A stretch of 64,000 nucleotides of DNA. It comes from Malacoraja senta. Taxonomy: Eukaryota. Below are positions 24,991 to 37,488 of this stretch, one piece after another. Under the pieces are notes generated by a model, which worked only from the letters and a program-made list of their open reading frames with translations, made no database searches and was not told where the DNA came from. Every line of letters starts with the position of its first letter. Within the stretch, counting starts at the first letter, position 1. Location of the stretch: positions 30,442,001 through 30,506,000 of the forward strand of contig CM075977.1 of the NCBI GenBank assembly GCA_038087875.1. The letters are read 5' to 3'. Position numbers and translations under genes: made by a program.

Positions 24991-26766
24991 TTGGATGATC
25001 AGCCATGATCATATTGAATGGCGGTGCAGGCTCGAAGGGCCGAATGGCCTACTCCTGCACCTATTTTCTATGTACCTATGTATCTATGTCCCGCACGGGA
25101 GATTGGTGACTAAAATTAGAGCACATGGTATTGGGGGTAGGGTGTTGACATGGATAGAAAATTGGTTGGCAGACCGGAAGCAAAGAGTAGGGTCCTTTTC
25201 AGAATGGCAGGCAGTGGCGAGTGGAGTGCCGCAAGGCTCGGTGTTAGGGCCACAACTGTTTACTATATATATTAATGATTTGGAAGAGGGAATTAGGAGC
25301 AACACTAGCAAGTTTGCGGATGACACAAAGCTGTGAAGAGGATGTTAGGAGGTTGCAGGGTGACCTGGACAGGTTGAGTGAGTGGGCAGATGCGTGGCAG
25401 ATGCAGTATAATATAGATAAATGTGAGGTTATCCACTTTGGTGGCAAAAACAAGGGGGCAGATTATTATCTCAATGGGGTTAGGTTAGGTAAGGGGGACG
25501 TGCAGCGAGACCTGGGTGTCCTTGTACACCGGTCACTGAAAATTGGCTTACAGGTACAGCAGGCTGTGAAGAAAGCTAATGGAATGTTGGCCTTCATAAC
25601 AAGAGGATATCAGTATAGGAGTAAAGAGGTTCTTCTGCAGTTGTATAGGGCTCTGGTGAGACCACATCTGGAGTATTGTGTACAGTTTTTGTCTCCTAAT
25701 TTGAGGAAGGACATCCTTGTGATTGAGGCAGTGCAGCGTAGGTTCACGAGATTGATCCCTGGGATGGCGGGACTGTTATATGAGGAAAGATAGGCTTGTA
25801 TTCACTGGAGTTTAGAAGAATGAGGGGGGATCTTATAGAAACATATACAATTATAAAAGGACTGGACAAGCTAGATGTAGGAAAAATGTTCCCAATGTTG
25901 GGTGAGTCCAGAACCAGGGGCCACATTCTTAGAATAAAGGGGAGGTCATTTAAGACTGAGGTGAGAAAAAACATTTTCACCCAGAGAGTTGTGAATTTAT
26001 GGAATTCCCTGCCACAGAGGGTAGTGGAGGCCAAATTACTGGATGGATTTAAGAGAGAGTTAGATAGAGTTCTAGGGGCTAGTGTAGTCAAGGGATATGG
26101 GGAGAAGGCAGGCACGGGTTATTGATAGGGGACGATCAGCCATGATCACAATGACTGGCGGTGCTGGCTCGAATGGCCTCCTCCTGCACCTATTTGCTAT
26201 GTTTCTATGTTTCTATGTAAATTTATGATCAATATTTCAGAAATAATTTTGGTTATCAAGAGTAATGAGTGGTTGGAATGGGTTGAATGGGGTCATTGTT
26301 GTATACATTTTTTTAAATCAAGAAATAACCATATAACCATATAACCATTACAACACGGAAACAGGCCATCTCGGCCCTTCAAGTCCATGCCGAACACTTT
26401 TTTTTATTTTTTTTTGAAGCTGTCCTTGTTTTAATAATCAAGTTGTACTGTAAAATGTTATGGAAAATGTTATAAAGGAGCATGCAAACACTGCAAATAA
26501 AATACTGTAAGGTTTTGCAGTAAACAAAACCTTTTTATAGAAAATGTTTTGTATGTTGATTTGATTGCCTGTTACTGTTCGACTGTGTTAGTGTGTGCAC
26601 ATTAAAAATATGATGCAAAATGAAAGTCGCAATCTCTGGAATTCATATTTTTCAGTATTGTTAAGGAAAAGAAAGCAGTTCCAATTGTTTGATATTATTC
26701 ATATGGAGGAGAAATTATAATTGCTCTAAAACCTACCTTAATTTTGCAATCTCACTAAAGATAATC

Positions 26767-26985
26767 TCCCTTTCCCTCTCCCCCCTCCTCCTTCCCCCTC
26801 CCTCCTTCCACCTCTCCCTCCCCATCTCTCTCTCCCTCTCCCCCCTTCCTCTCTCTCTCCCCCTCCCCCCTCTCTCTCTCTCCCACTCTCCTCCCTCTCT
26901 CTCCCCCCTCTGTCTCAACCCCCTCTTTACCCCTCTCACATCCCCTCTCTCTCTCCATCCCTCCCCCTCTCTCTCCCTCCCACAC
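26767..26985 (+). repeat. Polypyrimidine (CT-rich) low-complexity tract
   Basis: About 220 bp almost entirely C and T. Confidence 0.9.
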
Positions 26986-26989
26986 AGCA

Positions 26990-27320
26990 AGGCACCGACT
27001 CCGCGCTGCAGACACCGCAGCCCGCACCCCCCCGGCCCGGAGAAACTGGCACTCCCGCAACGCAATATTCCACTACTTACCTGGAGTAGACAGGAGGCAT
27101 CGAGGTGATTGTGTGGAGTGCAAATGGAGATCTGAACCCGCCCGGGCCCACTGCGCACGCGCGGAGAGACAGCGTCATTTTGCGTCACTACTGCGTCACC
27201 GGCTTCCCCCAACTGCGCAGGCGCGGATGGTCACAATTTGTTTTCCCAAAACTTCTAGCAGCCGGAAACCAGAATTTCGGGTAATTTCCGTCAAAGCAGA
27301 AACGCTGATAGCGCTCCAAT
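26990..27320 (-). promoter_or_regulatory. CpG-rich promoter-like segment with candidate first exon and splice donor
   Basis: Two NRF1-like GCGCANGCGC sites (27152-27162, 27214-27224), three CGTCA half-sites, GC box 27137-27143, minus-strand donor CAG|GTAAGTAG at 27081/27080. Confidence 0.5.
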
Positions 27321-27364
27321 TTTTTTTTTCTCTGGATATTTTTTAGTCTGGAAAAAAAAACACT

Positions 27365-27491
27365 TTGGCGGGAGGCCCCCTAAATTTTGAGGCCCTAGGC
27401 TTCAACTTATGAGGCCTGTAGGTAAACCCGGCCCTGCCGAGGCCCCCCTATGTATCGAGGCCCTAAGCTTAAGCTTGTATATCCGGCCCTG
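27365..27491. mobile_element. Two tandem hAT-like DNA transposon termini (...CCGGCCCTG)
   Basis: CCGGCCCTG at 27428-27436 and 27483-27491, each preceded by GAGGCCC subterminal motifs. Confidence 0.5.
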
Positions 27492-28055
27492 TTGCTATCC
27501 ATTCAGCTATCTCTCCATGGATCCCATGCAATCTAAACTTCCAGAGCAACCTACCATGCAGAACCTGTCAAATGCCTTACTGAAATCCATGTAATCCATG
27601 TATATAACATCTACAGCTCTGATCTCAACGACCATTTTCTTCAAAAAAATCAATCAGATTTCTGAGACACGACCTTCAATGTACAAAACCATGCTGACCC
27701 TATCTCTAATCAGTCCTTGCCCATCTAAATGCCTGTATAACCTATCCCTCAGAACACATTCTACTAACGTTCCAACTACAGATGTTGAACTAACCGGCCC
27801 ATAGTTCCCAGCATTTTCTGTGCAGCCCTTCTTTAAATGAGGCACAGCATTTATCACCCTCCAGTCTTCTGTCACCTCTACTATATTTAAGGTCACCTCG
27901 TAAATTTCAACCAGGGCTCCCGCAATTTCCTCTCTAGTTTCCCGCAATGTCCTCGGATATATCTGATCAGGCCCTGGAGATTTGTCTACTTTCATACACG
28001 ATAGTACCTTCAGTACTTCTTCAACGGTAACACTGACTGCTCTCAAGACACTTCA
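27492..28055 (-). mobile_element. CR1 ORF2 fragment running into the assembly gap
   Basis: KVDKSPGPDQIYPRTLRE...EDWRVINAVP. Confidence 0.8.
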
Positions 28056-28255
28056 NNNNNNNNNNNNNNNNNNNNNNNNNNNNNNNNNNNNNNNNNNNNN
28101 NNNNNNNNNNNNNNNNNNNNNNNNNNNNNNNNNNNNNNNNNNNNNNNNNNNNNNNNNNNNNNNNNNNNNNNNNNNNNNNNNNNNNNNNNNNNNNNNNNNN
28201 NNNNNNNNNNNNNNNNNNNNNNNNNNNNNNNNNNNNNNNNNNNNNNNNNNNNNNN
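28056..28255. other. Assembly gap (200 N)
   Basis: Run of N. Confidence 1.
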
Positions 28256-29737
28256 ACTCAGTGAGCCGAAGGACATGGTTCCATATTCTATTTTTCGAAA
28301 TTGAACTAAACTATAATTGGAGAATTATAGATGTGCATTGATAACAACTATGTCCTCGACTTCACTATTGATATAAATAAAACTTAACTGGAGCAGGGGG
28401 AAGATCAGAGGCTGGAAATCCTAAATTCAATCTACCATCTACATTCAGAAGGCTGGATTGAGATAGCATATACTTGACCAGTCTGGATGAGTGCAGTTCT
28501 AACAACCTTCAAGCAGATCAACATCCAAGATAAAGCTATCTAGTTCTGAATTTCAATCTGGAATATTACCGTTTTTATTTCCACAGATGTGTCTGCATTT
28601 GGGCGGAATGTGGAATTGAGTCTAAAGAAGACTCTCGACCCGAAACATCAATTGTCCATTTCCTTCCACAGATGCTTCCTCCAGCACTTTATACTTTATT
28701 TATTGTTCAACATTCCAGCATCTTCAGTCTCCTATATCTATGAATGAGGAATTATTGCTTCCCCATGATCTGAAGGTATTCAAAATTACATTATCTTTCA
28801 ATAAAAGGATCATGGATAACACTACTTAATTCTTACTAGAATATCATTGCTTCCTACTCAGGAATGTCCACAATACTCCTCACCAATGAACTTATGGTTG
28901 AATATCCCTATCAAGACTGAGATAAGCTTCATGTGGATCACTTTGTACCTTGCCTCTATCAGTTGTTTTTAACTATATAGCTTAATTAATGGTGATGTTT
29001 GTATTACCAGTGCCAGGCCGACAAACTACAAACAAACCAACCACAGTGGATCAAATGCATTAGGTATTGATGGTATTAATGCCATTTGAAATAGCATATC
29101 ATATTTGCTATTGCCGTAAAACAGTATTCCTCCAGCTTCCAACAAAGTTGACAGCATCATGATTTACACAGCACTGCAACCCGTCACCAAGAACTGAAAA
29201 GATTTAAAATTAATAAGAAATTACTGGTGTCTATAAATCAAATCTTGTGATGATTGTTTGTTAAAGCAGCAGTAGCCGACACATAACTGAAAAACAGCAA
29301 CATGTGGTACATGTAACTTACTCCAAAAAGACAGCCACTTGAGTACATATCAGATGACCTCCCGGTATTCTTTTTTCAAATTTATATCTTACAATTACCT
29401 CATTTATTTCAGTCAAAATGCTTGGTCAAGGAACCAAAAAAATAAAAAATTCTAGCTCTTCGCTCTGGGGACAATTATTCACATATGCTCAACTCCTGTA
29501 GATAGCGAGGAACTAGTTTCTCTGCTCGAGGAGTCAAAAAAAGGGTCTAAGCCTTAAAAATGGTCCAAGGCTACACAGAGATGATGTCTGGAAGCAACTT
29601 GTCACGCAAACATGGTGAGAAGATGGTGATCTCTCAAAAAAAAAATTGTTGCGATAGAAACATCATTGAAAAATTAAAAACGGAGATTGAAGGATTTTTA
29701 GCCAGGGGTCCAAAGAATTAAGGGATACAAAGTATCT

Positions 29738-30016
29738 ATGGCAGCACAGTGGAGCAACGGTAGGGTTGAAGCCAGAGACCGAATTCAATCCTGACTACAG
29801 GTGCTATCTGCACAGAGTTTGTACATTCTCCCTGTGACCGCATGGCTTTTCTTCGAGAGCTCCAGTTTCCAACCACACTCCAAAGATGCACAGGTTTGTA
29901 AGCTAGTTGGCTTCGGTAAAAATAGCAAATTGTCCCGTGTGTGAAGGATAGTGTTAATGTACTGGTTAGCACGGACCTAGTGGGCTGAAGGGCCTGTTTC
30001 TATGCTATATCTCTAA
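29738..30016 (+). mobile_element. V-SINE (HE1-like)
   Basis: tRNA-like head; V domain GAGTTTGTACATTCTCCCTGTGACC. Confidence 0.75.
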
Positions 30017-30335
30017 AATAAGTTTTAAAAAGCATCATGAAGGCTTGTAGTGGGGAGGCCAACACACTCCATATATAGAGTAGCCATGGATCAGGTTCCA
30101 GGCCAGAATATTCCACTCTATTCCCATTCCCCTTTATTGAACAACCACAAGACCCCGCATATGTAAGTCCTTATGAACAACCAGCATTTACCCACAGCAT
30201 ACTGGGACCCCTAAGCTTGCTCTGGAAGCTCATTCCAGTTTTGGACAACTTGCTGAATGAAAAAGTTGCCCCCTGTGGACCCTCTAAATCTCTTCCCTCT
30301 CATTTGAGAGCCCCCTAGTCTTAGAATCCTCTACT

Positions 30336-30650
30336 AAAACATAGAAACATAGAAAATATGTGCAGGAGTAGGCCATTTGGCCTTTCGAGCCAGCACCCGC
30401 CATTCAATATGATCATGGCTGATCATCCACAATCAGTACCCCCGTTCCTGCTTTCTCCTCATATCCCTTGATTCCATTAGCCCGAAGAGCTATATCCAAC
30501 TCTCTCTGAAAACATCCAGTGAATTGGCCTCCGCTGCCTTCTGTGGCAGAGAATTCCACAGATTCGCAACTCTCTTGGTGAAAATGTTTTTCTTCATCTC
30601 AGTCCTAAATGGCCTACCCCTTATTCTTAAACCGTGACCCCTGGTTCTGG
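30336..30650 (-). mobile_element. CR1 3' end
   Basis: (AACATAGA)n tail and 3' RT sequence as in the other copies. Confidence 0.85.
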
Positions 30651-31089
30651 AAAGGGCCAAGTGTGCCAACTAGGAACACATTGCGGTCCTTTTCACTTTC
30701 CTGTTATCATTTTTTATGCAAAGATAAATACACATTTCAGTAAAATATTATCATCAGAAATAAAATGTAAAGAAATGCTATGTGCCCCACTTACCCCTCA
30801 AATCTGCAAATGTTTTTAAAATGATTCAAACATTGCTACACAAAGTCATAAGGGAAATAAACTAAATCATAACGATATTACCATTGCTAAAATTAGTGAC
30901 GAACTTGGTGCACAGTTATTATAATTAATCGCAAAGTGTGTGCATGTAAGAAATGAATCCCATTTCAGCAGTTTGTTACCAATGACAGTGATTGACATTA
31001 ACTGCAGGTTTGGCTTGACTGAAACGAGAGGTCATTTTTTGAAAGAAGACATTTTTCTGAAGGACACACATGCATATGTGAACTTACAT

Positions 31090-31270
31090 CACATAGAAAC
31101 ATAGAAAATAGGTTCAGGAGTAGGCCATTCAGCCCTTCGAGCCAGCACCGCCATTCAATATGATCATGGCTGATCATCTAGAATCAGTACCCTGTTCCTG
31201 CTTTCTCCCCATATCCCTTGATTCCGTTAGCCCTAAGAGCTAAATCTAACTATCTCTTGAATACATCTCT
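31090..31270 (-). mobile_element. CR1 3' end
   Basis: Tail and 3' hairpin GGAGTAGGCCATTCAGCCCTTCGAGCC. Confidence 0.8.
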
Positions 31271-31371
31271 GGATCACGGTTTTGAAATGGCCCGATTCAA
31301 AATGCACCTGTCAAAATGAAAATCAGGGAACACTGAAAAGAATTCAACTCCAAGTTGACATCTTTGGAATG

Positions 31372-31545
31372 TGTAGGAAGGAACTGCAGATGCTGGTCTA
31401 CACCGAAGACAGACACAAAATGCTGGAGCAACTCTGCGGGACAGGCAGCATCTCTGGAGAGAAGGAAGAGGTCACCCACTTACCCTTCCTTCACTCCCGA
31501 GATGCTGCCATCCCGCTGAGTTACCCCAACATTCTGTGTCTATCT
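31372..31545. mobile_element. Fold-back PLE-tail element
   Basis: Inverted arms GACACAAAATGCTGG...GCAGCATCTC / GAGATGCTGCC...CATTCTGTGTC with a one-sided extension. Confidence 0.75.
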
Positions 31546-32664
31546 TTGACATCTCTGGGATAAAGACAGTGAATATTCTACTTTATTCATGCCTCTCATT
31601 ATTTTGTACACAAGGTCATACCTCAGCCTCCTACTTTCCTAAGAAAAAAGTCCCAGCCTATCCAGCTTCTCCCTATAATTCAAGCGACATCATGATATCC
31701 CAACGTTTGTACTCAGTATCCTTCCCAATGAGGGCAAGCATGCCCAATGCCTTCATCACCACCTTTTGCACCTGAACTGACACTTTCAGGAAACCATGCA
31801 CCTGTACTCCTAAAATAAACACAAAATGCTGGGATAGCTCAGCACGTCAGGCAGCATCTCGGAGGAAATGGATAAATTGATGTTTCAGGTTGCGGCTATT
31901 CTTCAGGCCTGTACTCTAGATGTCTTTGCTGCACAACACTCTCTAGGGCTCTACCATTTACTGTGCAAATCCCTGCCTTAGTCTGACATGCCAAAGTGTA
32001 CCATCTCACACTTGTAAGATTTAAATTACATTTGCCCAATTACTAGATCCTGTTGTAAAATGAGATATTCTTCTTCACTGTCCTCTGCAATAACAATTTT
32101 GGTATCATCTACAAATTTACTGACAATGTTAACTATATTGTCATTTAATTGTTAATGTAGATAACAAACAACAGTGGACCCAGCATCAAGCCCTGTAGCA
32201 CACCACTGGGCATGGACCTCCAGTCATTAAAACCACCCTCCACAACTACCCTCCTTCCTCCAAATCAGTTTTGAATCAAATTTGCTAGCTCAGCTTGGGT
32301 TCAATGCTGCAATGGTTTCTTTATTGTTATCTGTACCAGGGACAGTGAAATACATTTTTTGCACATTGATCCACAAGACTATCCTCGTATATAAGCACAA
32401 TCACAACCGGTCAGAACAGTATGCACAAAACAGCCCACCGTGTCCATATGCAGGTGGTGTCCCATATGATCGAACCTTCAAAACTAGTCAAAGGCCTTGC
32501 TTTTTAAACTTCATATAGATCATGTTGCGGAGATTCTGGTGCTACACAGGCTGGACTTACAGTACTCAGATTTTCCTGAACTCAGGCTTGGATATTTTCC
32601 TGCTGAGCCTGCATTTGAGTAACCTGGCTGACTTACAGCACCCAATTGAAACCAATGATAAGGA

Positions 32665-32980
32665 AGGTGGCACAGCAGCACAGCTGGTAGAGCTACTGCC
32701 TCACAGCACCAGAGACCCAGATTTGATCCTGACATCGGGTGCTCATCTGTGATGAGTTTGCATGTTCTCCGTGTGACCACAGGTTTTCCTTGAGGTGCTC
32801 CGGTTTCCACACACATCCCAAAGACGTATGGGTTTGTAGGTTTATTGCTCTCTGTAAGATTACCCTGAATGTGTGGGGAGTGGATGAGAAAATGGGATAA
32901 CATAGAACTAGTGTGATTGGGTGATCAATGGTCAGCATGGACTCGGTGGGCTGGGGTCTGTTTCCATGCTATATCTCAAA
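32665..32980 (+). mobile_element. V-SINE (HE1-like)
   Basis: GAGTTTGCATGTTCTCCGTGTGACC...GGTGCTCCGGTTTCC. Confidence 0.75.
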
Positions 32981-33379
32981 ACAAAGTGGCCTTGGGAGGA
33001 AAGTTAGGTAGAAGTTTCTTTTTTATTGTTTGATTTAATTCAAATGATGCAGGTACATTTAATGTTTAGGTATGTGGGAGTTTTTAAATGTTCTATTATT
33101 TCAAATGATTGACAACATTTTTTTTTATTTTTTTAAACGCTGCCGTGATCGCTGAAGACAGGCACAAAATGCTTACGCTAAATAACAGCCAGTGAGATGG
33201 CAGAGCATACTGGCCATACTCTAAGAGGCTTTGCACTATACTTGCCCTCCCAATGGGAAGGCAAGCAGTTTCCCAATGGAAGTCCACAGCCCGGAGCTCA
33301 CTTCAGGAAAGAGGAGACTTCAGGGGCAGGCGAATGGCAATCTCGCCCATCAACAACAAAAACCTCCCCCATTGTACAG

Positions 33380-33850
33380 AACATAAAACATAGAATATAG
33401 AAAAGAACAGCACAAACACAGGCCCTTTGGCCCATAATGTCTGTGCTGAACATGACACCAAGATTAACTAATCTCATCTGCCTACACATGATCTATCCAC
33501 ACTCTGCACATTGTGCCTATTTAAAACAACCTCTTAAATGCCACTATTATATCTGCTTCCACCACAACCATGGGCGCTGTGTAAAAAGCCTGCCTTGCAT
33601 ATTTCCTTTAACCTTTGCCCTTCTCATCTTAAAGCTATGCCCTATAGCCTTTGATATTTCCACACTGGGAAAAGGTTTCTGTCTGTCTAGCTTATTTCTG
33701 TCTCTCATGATTTTCTATACTTCTATCAGGTCAGTCTCCAACCTTTGGCATTCCAGAGAAAACAATCCAATTTTGTCCAAACTCTCCTTGAAGCTAATAC
33801 CCTTAATCCAAGCAGCATTCTGGTAAACTCCTCTGCACTCTCTCCATACC
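33380..33850 (-). mobile_element. Old CR1 3' end
   Basis: ISFKESLDKIGLFSLECQRLETDLIEV. Confidence 0.7.
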
Positions 33851-36800
33851 TTGGGCATGGGGATGTGACACACCTGACTTAAACAGTTAAGTAACTTGTC
33901 ACAGATATCCAAACTTTACTTATTTGCATTAGGTGTTATATTGAAAGAAACAACATATTTTTGATTCAGTGTACCCTCAGATTTACTGCTAATAAAGTGA
34001 ACGCAATGGGAACTTCCAGTTTTCGGAATGTGAATTTTATAGGACAAAGTTGGATGTTCATAAAGCTAAACTGGAATAGTGATGGAGAAGAGGTGGCACA
34101 GATTAAAAGCCATATGCTGAGAGTAAAAAACCTGATCATATCACCTACTGCAGGAATAAAACAAAGGGTGGCCAGAGCTTATTTTTGATGGTGCGACGCT
34201 TTTTCTTGCTGCTGAGCAATGTGGTTAAGTACAAACATAACAGATTGCCAATGTCAACATGTTGCTCAAAGTTACCTCTAACTTAATCTTCTGGTTAACT
34301 CTGTGTGGTACTTAGCCTTAAAATGAAGTACCTTGATCCCTGATTGTTAACCGGGGACTACAATCAGGCTAACCCCAAGGGCATGCTGTGAAAATATTAT
34401 CAGCGCATCTCCTGCCCTCCTGATACCCAGCTACCCAGCTATACCAAATTTCAAACATTCAAAGTACTTTTACAAAATTATTTAAAATGAATGAAACTTA
34501 TATAGGAAAAATAAATAAATGTTTTCAAAAAGTAAAACATTTAGAAACACAAAATGAATTTGCATTTAAATAAAGGCAATTATTTAAAAAATACAAATTA
34601 ATTAATAACCTTGTTCCTTTGCAACCACTCCTCTTCCATTGATATGAATGGACTCATTGTTCTTGCTCTGTTTTGGTACACAATCACTGGTGGTATGCTA
34701 ATCCAAGCTCCACTCCTTAACTCTTCATGCGGTCCGTCAGAGTGTAGTCAGCCACAAAATTCAAAACTTTCATCTTGCGGTGGAAACTCCAAACTTGCTG
34801 ATGTGTGGAAGAATTCCAGCAATTAGGCATTTAAAGTAAGTTCCAGCCTCTTACCTATATGGACAAAAAAAATGTAAAAAGGGGCAAAGATACTGCTTCT
34901 AACATCAAGATATGCATGCTTGTTGGTTAATATGCAAGGGAATGAAGGCAAGGTAAAGACTAGGTAAAACAGGACAGACAAGCTAAAAGGACACAAAAGT
35001 TCTTTAAGCAAATGGATTGATATCATAAACATGACCAGACATGTTATCAGTCGATCAGAAATTGTCAGCCAACCCAATTTTGGAAAGAAACAATTCTCAT
35101 CCTCTCACTGCTGTGGATTAATATTCTGGAGGAACTTTTACGTCAACAATATTATATTGTGCAATTGAACGGAAAAGTAATAGCCTGCACAATGTGTATT
35201 TGTAGAATATGAACCACTTACCATGTTAATGATTATCTACTGAACTTCCAAACTGCAGAATGAGGAGACAACAGAAAATGTATGTTTATGAGAACTTCAA
35301 ACTAAATGCAGTTATGCTATGGAATCCAGAACAGGGTAAAGGGTCAGTGAATGCATGTTTCATACCCCTCTACACAATGTGTAGCAGCAGTAAATAATAC
35401 AAATAGAATTTTGGGATGCACCACTTAGATAAGAATAAAAGTTATTGTATGTGCCACAGCCTAAATAAAACAAAGGTTTTCTCCCATGTGGATGGGTGTG
35501 TGTGGTGCAAGTTGCCTTGTAACTGAAAGCCAACTTGCGAATGTGGAGAAAGGATATCTATCTCTGTGCTGAGATCAGTCCCCGGGTTATGACAGAACCA
35601 CAGAACCAGTTTTATGTAGGCTACAGGAACATCGGATCTTACTGAGGTATTCGTCCAAGTGAATAATGATAAATTTGATCCTGATAGAGAATACACCTTA
35701 GAATAGGAAGTGTAATTAGGCAACATTACCCACAAGCCAAGAACAAAAATAATGGAGGATGATAATATTTTATCCAGTGGGTGCTGAGTATTTGGACTGG
35801 ACTGGACTGCCTTAACAGGCAATGGTGATTAATAACACGGCAATTTTATAGTTAGCTGCCAAGGTATTGGGTGATTAAAAACTGAAAGAAGTGTATTTTC
35901 TACTTTGGAACTATGCAACCAGCTGGCTGGACTGGAATTTTTGCACATTAATATGCCTTGTTCTAAGACTGGTAGTTGGTGAGATTTTATTCCTTGGATA
36001 ACCAAACTTAAAATATCAAGTAAGTAAAGAACAAAATGGCTCTCCCTCACTGAGACTCTTGTTATCCGAAATGTTTCCACAAGGTTAACTGAATCCAACA
36101 GATCAGCTCCAGTGCCTGATGTACTGGGAACATTTACTCTGAGTAACAATAGTTAAAGAAGCTTATTGTACTATTTTGCTAAAGGATTTCTCTAGATAAT
36201 TTGTGAAATCCTTTCCCCATACATCACACTGTTTCTTATTCTCAGTTTTATCATTTGGAACCTATCGTAGATTAAGAATGATGAGCTTGCAAAATAGTTT
36301 ATCAATAACAAACTTAGGACTACAAACTTGTCTGCACAATTCCAAGCAGTTTAATGTTGACAACTGCATGAAGGGAAATATTCATATTTCTGAGTACCTT
36401 AACACCAGGTGAGGACTTCAAAGATATGCTTGTTCTCCAAGGATGACTTGCCTAACTTATTTCTACCAGGAGTGGAACACTATGTCAGTCAGTCAGTCAA
36501 TTTTATTTGTATAGCACATTTAAAAACAACTCACGTTGACCAAAGTGCTGTACATCAGTGCAGATACTAATGTGCTACATACAATGTTACACAGACCTAA
36601 CAATACATACATAAACTGTTTACAGCGCCCCCTCAGAGGGCCTCAAAAACACTAGGGAGTAGAAATAGGTTTTGAGACTCGATTTAAAGGAGTCGATGGA
36701 GGGGGAAGTTCTGATGAGGAGAGGGATGCTGTTCCACAGTCGAGGTGCTACAACCGCAAAAGCGCGGTCACCCCTGAGCTTAAACCTAGACCGCGGGATA

Positions 36801-37488
36801 GTCAGTAGCCCCAAGTCGGCCGACCTGAGGGTCCTGGAGGTAGAATGGTGGGTTCGAAGATTTTTGATATCGGAGGGGGCAAGCCCATTAAGGGCTTTGT
36901 ATACGAATAAGAGGAGCTTGAAGTGGATTCTGTACCGTACTGGGAGCCAGTGAAGAGAAGACAGAATCGGGGTGATGTGGTCCCTTTTACGGGTACCCAT
37001 CAGAAGTCTCGCTGCGGCGTTTTGAACCAATTGCAGGCGGGACAGGGATGATTGGCTGATGCCAGTGTATAGGGAGTTGCAGTAGTCAAGGCGGGAGGAA
37101 ATTAATGCGTGGATGATTTTTTCAAAGTCGTAGAATTGGAGGAATGGTTTGATTTTAGCTATTGCATGAAGCTGGAAGAAACTAGCTTTTACCACAGAGT
37201 TGACTTGCTTGTCAAACTTTAATGCGGTGTCAAATATCACGCCAAGGTTTTTGACGTGCGGTTTTACTAAGGAGGTTAGGCTTTCAAGGCTGCCTGTTAT
37301 CGTTTTGATGGGGTCGGAGGGGATGAGTAGGATGACCTCACACTTGCTCTCGTTTAGTTGGAGGAAGTTCTGGGCCATCCAACATTTTATGTCCTCGAGG
37401 CAGTGCATGAGGCTGTTGGGTTTCAGGGGGAGATAGAGCTGTGTGTCATCTGCATAAAGGGCCTGTCCCACCAGCAAGCGATAGCATG

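Larger units (their letters stand above)
20342..25087 (+). mobile_element. Full-length but defective CR1 LINE (5'UTR, ORF1, ORF2, tail)
   Basis: CpG-containing 5'UTR, ORF1 Zn-finger/coiled coil/esterase, ORF2 APE plus RT, (TATCTATG)n tail. Confidence 0.95.
20225..26218 (+). mobile_element. 5'-truncated CR1 (arms 20225-20341 and 25088-26218) hosting a full-length CR1
   Basis: AFDK|VPH motif split between the arms; 9 bp TSD AAATTTATG (20216-20224 / 26219-26227); TTTCTATG tail. Confidence 0.9.

Noticed and set aside
26689-27212. ORFs over the CT/GA tract
   Set aside because: Low-complexity sequence lacks stops by composition.
20006-27491. One large hAT element from CAGGCCCG (20006) to CCGGCCCTG (27491)
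   Set aside because: The termini match only partly and the flanking 8-mers (TTATACAC vs TTGCTATC) are not a TSD.
27982-28341. ORFs spanning N runs (also 50475-50724)
   Set aside because: Artefacts of assembly gaps.
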